DNA of 64,000 nucleotides from Candidatus Wildermuthbacteria bacterium (GTDB lineage: Bacteria; Patescibacteriota; Minisyncoccia; Minisyncoccales; UBA10102), in NCBI GenBank assembly GCA_016181405.1, contig JACOZJ010000004.1, forward strand, positions 5,479-69,478, written 5' to 3'. The notes beneath the pieces are model-generated. The model was not told the DNA's origin. It ran no database searches and saw only the letters and a program-made list of their open reading frames with translations. Positions 28,542 to 37,251 of this stretch are shown here, piece after piece. A program made the translations under genes and the position numbers. Each line of letters starts with the position of its first letter. Position 1 is the first letter of the stretch.

Positions 28542-30649
28542 CATTATCTACTCCCATAGGGCAGGTTCCGCGCATTGGAGCTGCATACGAAGCAAAATTA
28601 AGGAAAATGGGGATCACTACTGTACGTGATCTTCTTTTTCATTTCCCGCGAACATACGTAGACTTTTCTACGATTACGCCAATCAGAGATCTTAAAGAGG
28701 GTGAAGTATATTGCGTTTCGGGGACACTACTCGATATCAAGGAAACTCGCACATTTCGCAAGCGAGTGTCTCTCATTACTGCTTTAGTGGAAGACAAAAC
28801 CGGCGCCATAAAAATTTTGTGGTTCAACCAGCCATATCTTGTGGATTCACTGAAACCCAAAGATGAAATTTATTTAGCGGGAAAGGTAGTGCGCGACAAA
28901 GAAGGCATATACATTTCAAACCCAGTTCACGAAAAAGCAGGAGGCGGCCTGTCTGCGCAGGCAGGAAAAAGTCTTACTCATGTGGGAAGAATTATCCCCG
29001 TATACCCAGAAACAATTGACGTTTCGTCGCGCTGGCTGCGTTCCATTATAAAAATGGTGTTGGCGCAGGTGAAAGAAATGCCAGAAACCCTACCGCAAGA
29101 AATGCTGCGAGAGCGAAATTTTATTCCTATTCAAAAAGCTCTTTGGCAAATCCACTTTCCAGATTCCATGGAGCAGGCGCAGCAAGCAAGCAGGCGTTTC
29201 TCATTTGAAGAACTGTTTTACATTCTGCTTTTTATCCTTGCAGAAAGGAAAAAAATTGCTCAAGTAAAAGCTCCTGTAATTCCGTTTGACGAAACTGTTA
29301 TGAAGCGATTTACCGGAAAACTTCCATTTCAGCTTACCGACGACCAAAAAAAGGCGGCTTGGTACATTTTAAAAGACATGGAAAAGCCCAGGCCCATGAA
29401 CCGCCTCTTAGAAGGCGACGTGGGGTCGGGCAAAACCGTAGTGGCTGCAATGGCAATGCTCTCTGCGGTAAAGGCAGGTTATCAGGCGGCACTCCTGGCA
29501 CCCACTGAAATTTTGGCGCAGCAGCATCATAAAACCGTAGCAAAAGTGCTCACGCCTTTTAAAATAACCATTGGCTTACTTACAGGAAAAACAGACCGTT
29601 TTATTTCTCCAAAACTTCCCAATGACTATATTGAAATTTCCCGCTCCAAACTGCTTGAGAAAGTAAAGAACAATGAAGTGCAGGTGCTTATCGGTACGCA
29701 TTCTTTAATTCAAGACACGGTAAAGTTTGGGAACCTGGCCTTGGTTGTGGTGGACGAACAGCATCGCTTTGGCGTAAAGCAGCGCGCGCGCTTACTCCAC
29801 AGAACAACTCTTATTCCGCACTTGCTTTCCATGACCGCAACCCCAATCCCGCGCACGCTGGCCATGACTTTATACGGAGATCTCGACCTTACCCTAATTA
29901 CCCAGCTTCCCAACGGAAGAAAACAAATAATCACTCGAGTTGTCCCGCCTGCGGGGCGCGAGAAGGCCTATGAAGCAATTGCAGAGCAGATAGCCCAGGG
30001 GCGGCAAGCCTTTGTTATCTGCCCGAGAATTGAACGCACCGAAAAATCGCCCAAGGACGTGGAAGTAAAAACTGTAAAAGAAGAATACGAAAAACTATCA
30101 AAAGAAATATTCCCCGACCTTAGGATAGAAATGCTTCATGGCAAAATGGCCACAAAAGAAAAAGAGGGAATAATGCGCAAGTTCAAGTTTGGGAAGATTG
30201 ATGTGCTGGTTTCAACGTCGGTCGTTGAGGTTGGGGTAGATATACCAAATGCCACTGTCATGATGATAGAGGGGGCAGACCGATTCGGCTTGGCGCAACT
30301 CCATCAATTCCGGGGAAGAGTCGGGAGAGCAGAACACCAATCATATTGTTTTTTGTTTTCAGAATCGAATTCTTTTTTCGCGCGCAAACGCCTTAAAGCG
30401 CTCGAAGAGTCATCGAGTGGTTTTGAGCTGGCAGAACGCGATTTGCACATTCGCGGTCCAGGAGATTTTGCCGGCACCAAACAATGGGGTATTCCTGATT
30501 TTGCCATGCAGCAGCTCACCAATCTTGAACTCGTGGAACAAGCCAGAGAAGCCGCAAAAATGATTCTCGAAAAAGATATTACGCTAAAAAACTACCCCCT
30601 CTTACGCGAGAAGGTAGCCGATTTTCGAGAAAGACTTCATTTGGAATAA
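28538..30649 (+). CDS. recG: ATP-dependent DNA helicase RecG
   Basis: 703 aa. Wedge/OB N-terminus, helicase motifs GDVGSGKT, VVDEQHRFGV, MTATPIPRTL and QLHQFRGRVGR. ATGA overlap with the SET gene. Confidence 0.93.
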   Translation: MTLSTPIGQVPRIGAAYEAKLRKMGITTVRDLLFHFPRTYVDFSTITPIRDLKEGEVYCVSGTLLDIKETRTFRKRVSLITALVEDKTGAIKILWFNQPYLVDSLKPKDEIYLAGKVVRDKEGIYISNPVHEKAGGGLSAQAGKSLTHVGRIIPVYPETIDVSSRWLRSIIKMVLAQVKEMPETLPQEMLRERNFIPIQKALWQIHFPDSMEQAQQASRRFSFEELFYILLFILAERKKIAQVKAPVIPFDETVMKRFTGKLPFQLTDDQKKAAWYILKDMEKPRPMNRLLEGDVGSGKTVVAAMAMLSAVKAGYQAALLAPTEILAQQHHKTVAKVLTPFKITIGLLTGKTDRFISPKLPNDYIEISRSKLLEKVKNNEVQVLIGTHSLIQDTVKFGNLALVVVDEQHRFGVKQRARLLHRTTLIPHLLSMTATPIPRTLAMTLYGDLDLTLITQLPNGRKQIITRVVPPAGREKAYEAIAEQIAQGRQAFVICPRIERTEKSPKDVEVKTVKEEYEKLSKEIFPDLRIEMLHGKMATKEKEGIMRKFKFGKIDVLVSTSVVEVGVDIPNATVMMIEGADRFGLAQLHQFRGRVGRAEHQSYCFLFSESNSFFARKRLKALEESSSGFELAERDLHIRGPGDFAGTKQWGIPDFAMQQLTNLELVEQAREAAKMILEKDITLKNYPLLREKVADFRERLHLE

Positions 30650-32179
30650 CTATTTTCGAAACTTTGGAGTGGACCAAAAACCCATATACTTGCCAAGCAG
30701 CAAACGGGTTTGGGCGTGCAAAGCCGGAACAGCGAAGAAAATCATAATAGGCGGCAAAAAAATCCACTGGAGAACGAGCCATGCGGTATGCCATTTTCCG
30801 TAATTGACCGGCCGCGGCGGAAGAAACAGCATGCTCAAAAAGGCAGACCAAACCAATCCAGCCATCATCACGGTTAGAATCCACGAAGTAAACCGCGGCA
30901 AGTTATATGAAAGGAGCGTCTGAGTGAATGCGTCTCCTCCGAGCACCAATGGCAGCCAACCCAAAAGAAATATAAGGATAGAAGTAGTTGCCCAAGACCA
31001 GTAGGACTCTATGCGATCGATGCTCAGGGAAATTTTCTTTGAAATAGGAATTTTTTTGTTCTGGAGAAAACCGTACAAAAAATACGGAATGTCGGCAGCT
31101 CCATACGCCCATCTCAGCTGCTGACGATAAATATTCTTTACCGTGTCCAGAAAGTTCGGTGCGACATTCGCATCCATGGATACAGGGTAATACAAAGCCT
31201 CCACAGAATAATTGCCGTCATAGTGCAGAAAGCATTGCCAGAAAATGCGGGAGTCATCCACCGCATAGTTTACCTGCCGGTATCCCACCTCAACCAGCGT
31301 TTTGAAAGGCATGGAGTGTGAAGAAAAAGTGCTCAATTTCTCGGGGCGTTCTTGGTTCATCAAAAACCAAAATGTGGTTGAAAAAGCGAATAGACGGGAT
31401 AGCACGGATGAAGACCATATGTTGTTTATAAACAAAGGAACCGGCTGGTAAGAACGGTGCAAAGGGTCCGGAGAGGTAAGATAATGGTATGTAAGACAAC
31501 TGAAGTATTTTGGGAATACCACCGTGTCTGCGTCCAACGAGGTAACAATAATTTTCTCTAACGGGATTGCGAGAGGATCGATAATATTTTCTTTCGCTAG
31601 CTTGACGGCCCAAGTTTCATTGGACCCCTTACCCGCTATTTCGCCCGGCAACCCAACGGGATGCACGGTCAGGAAAAACCGAAAAAAATCTTTCCCAAAC
31701 TCTTGTTCTATGAGGCGCGCTCTCTCTTTCGCGGCTTCACCCGCCTTCTCTTCAACCCCAAGCACCACAATCATCTTTTCTAAAGGATAGTCTGAATTGC
31801 GAAGAGCTCTAAATGTTTCCCGTAAGATCTCGACGGGCTCCTCGTACGTTGGCACGACTACCAAATGATATATTTCTTCCCACCCAGGAAGGCCTTTGAC
31901 TTTTGAAAACCAATCTACTTTTTCATGTTCTATTGTTTTCCTGTATCCTGAACGAAGATGAAATGCAAAGTAGAGCACTCGAAAAAACCAATACAAAATG
32001 AAACTTAAAATAAAGAAAGCTGCAAGCACAGGGAATAGCCACGAAGCCAAAAACGCAAAACCAAGCGTCCCCCATGCAGCAACCCCCGGGACCATCTCAA
32101 ACACTCTATACAAAAATCTGCCTTTTGGAGTATCCAGATCGGCGGCTCTTGCGGCAGTAAGATGAGCTGCTCTCGTCAT
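30650..32179 (-). CDS. Family-2 glycosyltransferase, processive membrane type (cellulose/chitin-synthase-like architecture)
   Basis: VVVPTYEEPVEILRETF, SLDADTV, QQLRWAYGA (QxxRW), with TM helices flanking on both sides. The ATG at 32179 forms an ATGA overlap with the upstream stop; the TTG at 32221 is less likely. Confidence 0.85.
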   Translation of the reverse strand: MTRAAHLTAARAADLDTPKGRFLYRVFEMVPGVAAWGTLGFAFLASWLFPVLAAFFILSFILYWFFRVLYFAFHLRSGYRKTIEHEKVDWFSKVKGLPGWEEIYHLVVVPTYEEPVEILRETFRALRNSDYPLEKMIVVLGVEEKAGEAAKERARLIEQEFGKDFFRFFLTVHPVGLPGEIAGKGSNETWAVKLAKENIIDPLAIPLEKIIVTSLDADTVVFPKYFSCLTYHYLTSPDPLHRSYQPVPLFINNIWSSSVLSRLFAFSTTFWFLMNQERPEKLSTFSSHSMPFKTLVEVGYRQVNYAVDDSRIFWQCFLHYDGNYSVEALYYPVSMDANVAPNFLDTVKNIYRQQLRWAYGAADIPYFLYGFLQNKKIPISKKISLSIDRIESYWSWATTSILIFLLGWLPLVLGGDAFTQTLLSYNLPRFTSWILTVMMAGLVWSAFLSMLFLPPRPVNYGKWHTAWLVLQWIFLPPIMIFFAVPALHAQTRLLLGKYMGFWSTPKFRK

Positions 32180-33576
32180 AGGGAATAGTTTGGAGAAAGC
32201 TGATAGTTTTGCTGAAGCCAAGCGTACAGCCGCTGAGTGTCGAGCTTGTCATTGTTGGAACCCAACAAAACAAATGCTACGGTGCGCACTTCGTTTTCTC
32301 GCGTGAGAAAGTTAAACAAAAAGATTCCGGTGTGTTTAGAAACCACAATATACCCCGTCTTTCCCCCCGCAAAACTGGAATCTGCGGCAAACACATTTTT
32401 ATTCCAGAGATCTTCTTTCGGGAAACGCACCTCTCCATAAGTCCGCACCTCCTTGCCTTTGGTAATTTCAAACAGAGGCGGACGATTGTTTACAATGTAT
32501 CTGGCCAAATAGAAAAGGTCTTGAGCGCTCGAAATGTTGCCGGGATCAAATCCCGAAGGATCAGTAAACACCGTATTTTGCAAAAGCATGGCCTTCGCCT
32601 TCTCGTTCATCATTCTGATTGTACGTTCTCTGCCCAAAAAGCCCGCGATCGCCTCTGCCGCGTCATTGGAAGAAGCAATGAGTAGGGGATGGAACAACTC
32701 CACCACACGATACCGGACTCCCTCTTCTAATCCGTCGGTCTCTCCATATGCTTCCAACATAGGTACGGTTATCTCAACCGATTTTCGCAAATCAACATTT
32801 TCTGCAACTACCAACGCAGTCATTAATTTGGTTATGGAGGCAATGGGCAGCGCTTCTTGAGAATTCTTCTCTGCAAACACAAACCCCGAGTTAAGATCGG
32901 CAACAAGATAAGCCGCCGCAGAAACGAGCGGGGGCGATGAAACCTTGGTAGCGCCATACACATATCCGTCATTTTCTTTGTCCACCACCAATACGGGAAG
33001 CCCTTGATCCACAAGTTCATATATTTGCCGCGCCGACTCATCTTCCAATTGAATGCAGCCGCCGGAAACGTCGGCACCGGTCTTTTCGCCCCACGGATAA
33101 TACGGTTCTCCGTGCACATAGTACTTTCCATAAAAATGGATAGCATACGGCATATATACTTGTGCAATGCCCGAAAACGCGTCTTTGTATTTTGCTAGTA
33201 CTTCGTACAATCCTGCGGGAGTGCCACCCCAACCTTGAGGATCGCCTTGCGCCAATACAGGCACTTCTTTCACCATCACCCCGTTTTCGTATTTCAATAC
33301 CTTATCTTGAGAAAAGTTGATTTCCAAAAACTCTGTCCCGTTTGCGATAAGATCTGCCCGCATCTCTCCAAATCTGTCCAAAACCATAGTATTCGGTTTC
33401 GTTTCTTTGCTTGGAGGCATAAACGGCCGCAACGCCTCTACGCTATTTTCTTGGGTACCTCCCTCTTCTGAAGAAACATCTCGCCAAAACAAAAAGAAAC
33501 CGGCAAGAACTATAGTTTGCAGTAACAGAAAACTTATGCCGCCAATTAAAAAGGCCGATTTCTTTCTTGCCTTCAT
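32176..33576 (-). CDS. Fusion of L,D-transpeptidase (YkuD-like) and D-alanyl-D-alanine carboxypeptidase (S11, PBP5-like) domains
   Basis: The N-terminal half has HGEPYYPWGEKTGADVSGGCIQL (H...C catalytic pattern). The C-terminal half has PIASITKLMT (SxxK), SSND (SxN-like) and GGKTGY (KTG). Confidence 0.8.
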   Translation of the reverse strand: MKARKKSAFLIGGISFLLLQTIVLAGFFLFWRDVSSEEGGTQENSVEALRPFMPPSKETKPNTMVLDRFGEMRADLIANGTEFLEINFSQDKVLKYENGVMVKEVPVLAQGDPQGWGGTPAGLYEVLAKYKDAFSGIAQVYMPYAIHFYGKYYVHGEPYYPWGEKTGADVSGGCIQLEDESARQIYELVDQGLPVLVVDKENDGYVYGATKVSSPPLVSAAAYLVADLNSGFVFAEKNSQEALPIASITKLMTALVVAENVDLRKSVEITVPMLEAYGETDGLEEGVRYRVVELFHPLLIASSNDAAEAIAGFLGRERTIRMMNEKAKAMLLQNTVFTDPSGFDPGNISSAQDLFYLARYIVNNRPPLFEITKGKEVRTYGEVRFPKEDLWNKNVFAADSSFAGGKTGYIVVSKHTGIFLFNFLTRENEVRTVAFVLLGSNNDKLDTQRLYAWLQQNYQLSPNYSL

Positions 33577-33580
33577 AAAG

Positions 33581-33655
33581 CGGCCCCGACGGGATTCGAA
33601 CCCGTGTTCCAGGAATGAAAATCCTGTGTCCTAGACCAGGCTAGACGACAGGGCC
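33581..33655 (-). tRNA. tRNA-Glu (anticodon TTC)
   Basis: Reverse complement GGCCCTGTCGTCTAGCCTGGTCTAGGACACAGGATTTTCATTCCTGGAACACGGGTTCGAATCCCGTCGGGGCCG, with anticodon loop TTTTCAT. Confidence 0.9.
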
Positions 33656-33832
33656 AAAAGACGCGTTGCGTCTTTTGGGGGTTTGCGCGCCCCGAGTCTT
33701 CGAGGGGCGAATAATGCAAATCCGGGGCCTCCTTTGGGAAACCGCTGAAAGCGAATAGTTTCACAAAGGAGGTTTCTTCGAAATTGTAGCCCAAAAATTG
33801 AAAAATGTAAAGAAAAAAGGTAGAAAAAATCT

Positions 33833-35098
33833 ATGCGAATTTTAGGCATTGAAACCTCATGCGATGATACGGGGATTGCTGTTTTAGAAGCGGGCAGGGG
33901 CTCGCATTTTCAGATTCTCTCAAACGTAGTGGCTTCGCAAATTGCTGTGCACCAAAAATATGGCGGCGTATACCCCATGCTCGCAAAACGCGAGCATCTG
34001 AAAAATTTGCCTATCGTTCTTAGAAGGGCACTCGGCAGTAGCCCCCGAAGCGAAGTTCGGGCTGGCCGTGGGTCGTGGTGGCGGACGAAGCGGAGGGAAC
34101 CACTGCCGAGCGATGCAAAATCCTATGGCATAACAGCTATTGCTGTAACGTATGGCCCCGGGCTTTCACCCTGCCTTTGGGCTGGCCTTAATTTTGCGCA
34201 GGACCTTGCGAAAAAATGGGGCGTTCCTCTTGTGCCAGTTGACCACATTGAAGGACATCTTCTCATCGGTTTGCTGAAAAATATACAAGATACAAAATAC
34301 CAGATACCAAATACAAGGGGCATATTTCCAGCTATTGCATTGATTGTTTCAGGCGGACATACGCAACTGGTGCTGGTAAAAGACATAGGCAAGTACGAAA
34401 TGATTGGAGAAACACGGGACGACGCTGCCGGCGAATGTTTCGACAAAACCGCCCGCATTCTTGGACTAGAATATCCCGGCGGACCTGCGATTGCCGAACA
34501 GGCCCGCCTATGGGGTGAGGACATGCTGCTTTCCGGGAAGCTCTCGGAGGCAGTTTGGCATGGTCCCGCCAAAGGCGGGCAAACGGCCGAGAGCGCAACC
34601 CCCGAGCGCCCGCTGGGGCGCGAGAGGGGTGACTCCCGGAAGCAGCATTCCGAACGACATAACATTCGACTACCGCGACCGATGATGCACACGAAAGACT
34701 ACGATTTTAGTTTTTCCGGACTCAAAACCGCAGTGCTGTATAATTATCAAGCGCGGCCCAAAAAAGAACGCGAGTCAAAAAAATATATCCAAATAATGGC
34801 AGCAGAAATCCAGCAAGCAATTGTGGACGTGCTTGTCCACAAAACCATTAAGGCCGCAAAAGAATATGGAGCAAAAACCATTATAATGGGTGGGGGCGTT
34901 GCCGCAAACGACGAACTCCGCAAACAGCTCGGCCAAAAAGCAAAAGATATGAATGCCGAATTTTTAGCTCCGTCTAAAAACTTAAGTACTGACAACGGCG
35001 CCATGATCGCGCTCGCTGGATATTTTCGGTATAAAGCGCACGATTACCCAAAAAACTCAGGCCAAATTGAAGCAAATCCAAATTTAAGAATCGCATAG
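33833..35098 (+). CDS. tsaD: tRNA N6-adenosine threonylcarbamoyltransferase TsaD, carrying three in-frame insertions
   Basis: MRILGIETSCDDTGIAV, HIEGHLL, VSGGHTQL, DDAAGECFDKTARILGL, FSFSGLKTAV and STDNGAMIA. It is 421 aa against about 340 aa for characterised TsaD. Confidence 0.92.
   Translation: MRILGIETSCDDTGIAVLEAGRGSHFQILSNVVASQIAVHQKYGGVYPMLAKREHLKNLPIVLRRALGSSPRSEVRAGRGSWWRTKRREPLPSDAKSYGITAIAVTYGPGLSPCLWAGLNFAQDLAKKWGVPLVPVDHIEGHLLIGLLKNIQDTKYQIPNTRGIFPAIALIVSGGHTQLVLVKDIGKYEMIGETRDDAAGECFDKTARILGLEYPGGPAIAEQARLWGEDMLLSGKLSEAVWHGPAKGGQTAESATPERPLGRERGDSRKQHSERHNIRLPRPMMHTKDYDFSFSGLKTAVLYNYQARPKKERESKKYIQIMAAEIQQAIVDVLVHKTIKAAKEYGAKTIIMGGGVAANDELRKQLGQKAKDMNAEFLAPSKNLSTDNGAMIALAGYFRYKAHDYPKNSGQIEANPNLRIA
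34031..34110. repeat. GC-rich ~80-nt element with 9-bp terminal inverted repeats, in frame inside tsaD
   Basis: ctcggcagt (34031-34039) ... actgccgag (34102-34110), with an internal hairpin gcccccgaa/ttcgggc. Encodes roughly SSPRSEVRAGRGSWWRTKRREPLPS, which is absent from E. coli TsaD at this position. Confidence 0.6.
34281..34318. repeat. Heptamer-periodic module (ATACAAG/ATACCAA units) in frame inside tsaD
   Basis: atatacaagatacaaaataccagataccaaatacaagg encodes NIQDTKYQIPNTR between the HxEGH and VSGGHT motifs. Confidence 0.65.
34523..34648. repeat. GC-rich 126-nt nested-hairpin element with ~15-bp terminal inverted repeats, in frame inside tsaD
   Basis: atgctgctttccggga (34523-34538) pairs with tcccggaagcagcat (34634-34648). 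Nested pairs: gctctcgg/ccgagagc and cccgcc-aaa-ggcggg. Encodes about 42 aa (MLLSGKLSEAVWHGPAKGGQTAESATPERPLGRERGDSRKQH) absent from reference TsaD. Confidence 0.65.
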
Positions 35099-35121
35099 AT
35101 TTGTGCTACCATACAAATGCC

Positions 35122-37251
35122 ATGAAAGAACTACCGAAAGCATACGACGCAAAACAAGTAGAAGATCGAATCTATAAACTCTGGGAAGAGAGCGGTTTCT
35201 TCAACCCTGATAATTTGCCTGGGGATAGGAAGGAAACTTTTACCATCATTATGCCCCCAACTAACGCCAATGGCGATTTGCATGCCGGGCACGGGTTGGT
35301 GATGACCATCGAAGATATTATGGTTCGATTCAATAGGATGCGCGGCAAGAAAACTCTGTGGCTTCCCGGGAATGATCATGCCGGCTTTGAAACCCAGGTT
35401 GTGTATGAAAAAGTGTTAGAAAAACAAGGCCGCTCGCGCTTTGATATGGCGCCAGAGGATTTATACAAAGAAATCTGGGATTTCACGCAGAACAATCGCT
35501 CTCATATAAACTCGCAGGTGAGAAGCATGGGTGCATCTTGCGACTGGTCTCGCGAAAAATTTACCCTTGATAAAGACATTATAGAAACGGTTTACAACAC
35601 GTTTGAGAAACTTTTCAAAGAAGGCTTAGTGTATAGGGGCAAAAGAATAGTAAGTTGGTGTCCAAAACACCAAACGAGTTTTTCTGATCTTGAAATAATC
35701 GATGAGGAACGGCTGGATAAATTTTACTATTTAAAGTACGGGCCGTTTGTTATCGGCACCGCGCGGCCGGAAACCAAATTCGGCGACAAGTACGTGGTCA
35801 TGCATCCGGCCGACAAAAGATACAAACAATATGCAGACGGGCAAAAAATTGAACTGGAATGGATAAACGGCCCTATTACCGCAACCGTAGTAAAAGATGA
35901 GGCAGTAGATATGGAATTCGGCACGGGAGTTATGACCATTACCCCTTGGCACGATGCCACAGATTTTGACATCGCAGAACGTCACGGCTTGGAAAAGGAG
36001 CAAATTATTGACGGGCAGGGTAAGCTTCTCCCTATCGCTGGCGAATTTGCCGGAATGAAAATCGCAGAAGCCCGACCAAAAATCGTAGAGAAGCTTGCCT
36101 CGAAGGGTTTGGTAGAAAAAATTGATGACAATTACAAACATACCGTAAGGCTTTGCTACAAATGCAATTCTGTAATAGAGCCTCAAGTGAAATCGCAGTG
36201 GTTTGTAAAAATGAAACCGCTCGCAGAACCCATTATCAAAGCGATTGAGAGAAAAGAAATCAAATATATCCCTGAACATTACGAGAAAATCACCCTCCAT
36301 TGGCTCCACAATATAATCGACTGGAATATCTCCCGGCAGATTGTCTGGGGCATACCAATACCGGCAAAAGTTTGCGACGCATGCGAAAAAGGGCTGCCTG
36401 ATTTGGAAAATAAAATCAGCAAATGCCCAGAGTGTGGCGGGGAGTTACGAAAAGAAACCGATACCTTTGATACATGGTTTTCTTCCGGGCAATGGCCATT
36501 TGCCGCGCTCGGCTATCCAGACAGCAAAGATTTTAAAGAATTTTATCCAACGCAAGTAATGGAAACTGCCGGAGAAATAATATTCTTCTGGGTTTCGAGA
36601 ATGCTTATGCTCGGCAAGTGGGTTACTGGTCAATTGCCATTTAATACTGTGTATTTGCATGGGCTCGTGCTCGACGCAAAAGGAAAAAAAATGAGCAAGA
36701 GCAAAGGCAACGTAATAAATCCTCTTGACTTAACCGCAAAATACGGCACGGACGCCTTCCGCATGGGTCTGATTGTGGGCAATACACCAGGCACTTCGCT
36801 CGCCCTTTCGGAAGACAAAATAAAAGCGTACAAGCACTTCGCAAACAAACTTTGGAACATCGCTCGGTTTGTACTCTCAAACATCGAAGAAAATATTTCT
36901 AAAGAGCAACCAGAACTCTTACCCCAACATCAAGAAATTTTGCAAAAACTCCACGAAACCGCAAAAGAGGTTACCGACGACATGGAAAACTACCGCTTCT
37001 ATTTAGCAGCTGAAAAACTCTACCATTATACTTGGCATACATTTGCGGATATCATTATCGAAGACAGCAAACCTTTCCTGCAAGGAAAAGATACAGCAGC
37101 TAAGCAATCTGCCCAGTGGACTCTTTACCAAGCGCTCACGACGACCCTCAAACTCCTTCATCCATTCTGCCCCTTTGTTACCGAAGAGATATATCAGCAA
37201 CTTCCCGTAAAAGAAGAAAAGTTTCTCATGATTGAACAATGGCCAGTATAA
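35122..37251 (+). CDS. valS: Valine--tRNA ligase (short form)
   Basis: HIGH-type PPTNANGDLHAGHG, editing-domain GTGVMTITPWHDATDFDIAERHGL, DTFDTWFSSGQWPF, and KMSKSKGN. ATG at 35122. Confidence 0.93.
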   Translation: MKELPKAYDAKQVEDRIYKLWEESGFFNPDNLPGDRKETFTIIMPPTNANGDLHAGHGLVMTIEDIMVRFNRMRGKKTLWLPGNDHAGFETQVVYEKVLEKQGRSRFDMAPEDLYKEIWDFTQNNRSHINSQVRSMGASCDWSREKFTLDKDIIETVYNTFEKLFKEGLVYRGKRIVSWCPKHQTSFSDLEIIDEERLDKFYYLKYGPFVIGTARPETKFGDKYVVMHPADKRYKQYADGQKIELEWINGPITATVVKDEAVDMEFGTGVMTITPWHDATDFDIAERHGLEKEQIIDGQGKLLPIAGEFAGMKIAEARPKIVEKLASKGLVEKIDDNYKHTVRLCYKCNSVIEPQVKSQWFVKMKPLAEPIIKAIERKEIKYIPEHYEKITLHWLHNIIDWNISRQIVWGIPIPAKVCDACEKGLPDLENKISKCPECGGELRKETDTFDTWFSSGQWPFAALGYPDSKDFKEFYPTQVMETAGEIIFFWVSRMLMLGKWVTGQLPFNTVYLHGLVLDAKGKKMSKSKGNVINPLDLTAKYGTDAFRMGLIVGNTPGTSLALSEDKIKAYKHFANKLWNIARFVLSNIEENISKEQPELLPQHQEILQKLHETAKEVTDDMENYRFYLAAEKLYHYTWHTFADIIIEDSKPFLQGKDTAAKQSAQWTLYQALTTTLKLLHPFCPFVTEEIYQQLPVKEEKFLMIEQWPV

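Noticed and set aside
28020-28544. 174-aa minus-strand ORF
   Set aside because: It is fully antisense to the SET-domain gene, which has diagnostic motifs and an SD sequence.
33656-33832. 178-nt hairpin-rich spacer between tRNA-Glu and tsaD as a possible ncRNA gene
   Set aside because: It contains several short GC stems (ccaaaagacgc/gcgtcttttgg, cgcccc/ggggcg, gaaacc/ggtttc) but I recognise no RNA family. More likely it combines a terminator-like hairpin, a copy of the dispersed hairpin motif and the tsaD promoter. It is mentioned under the tsaD finding instead.
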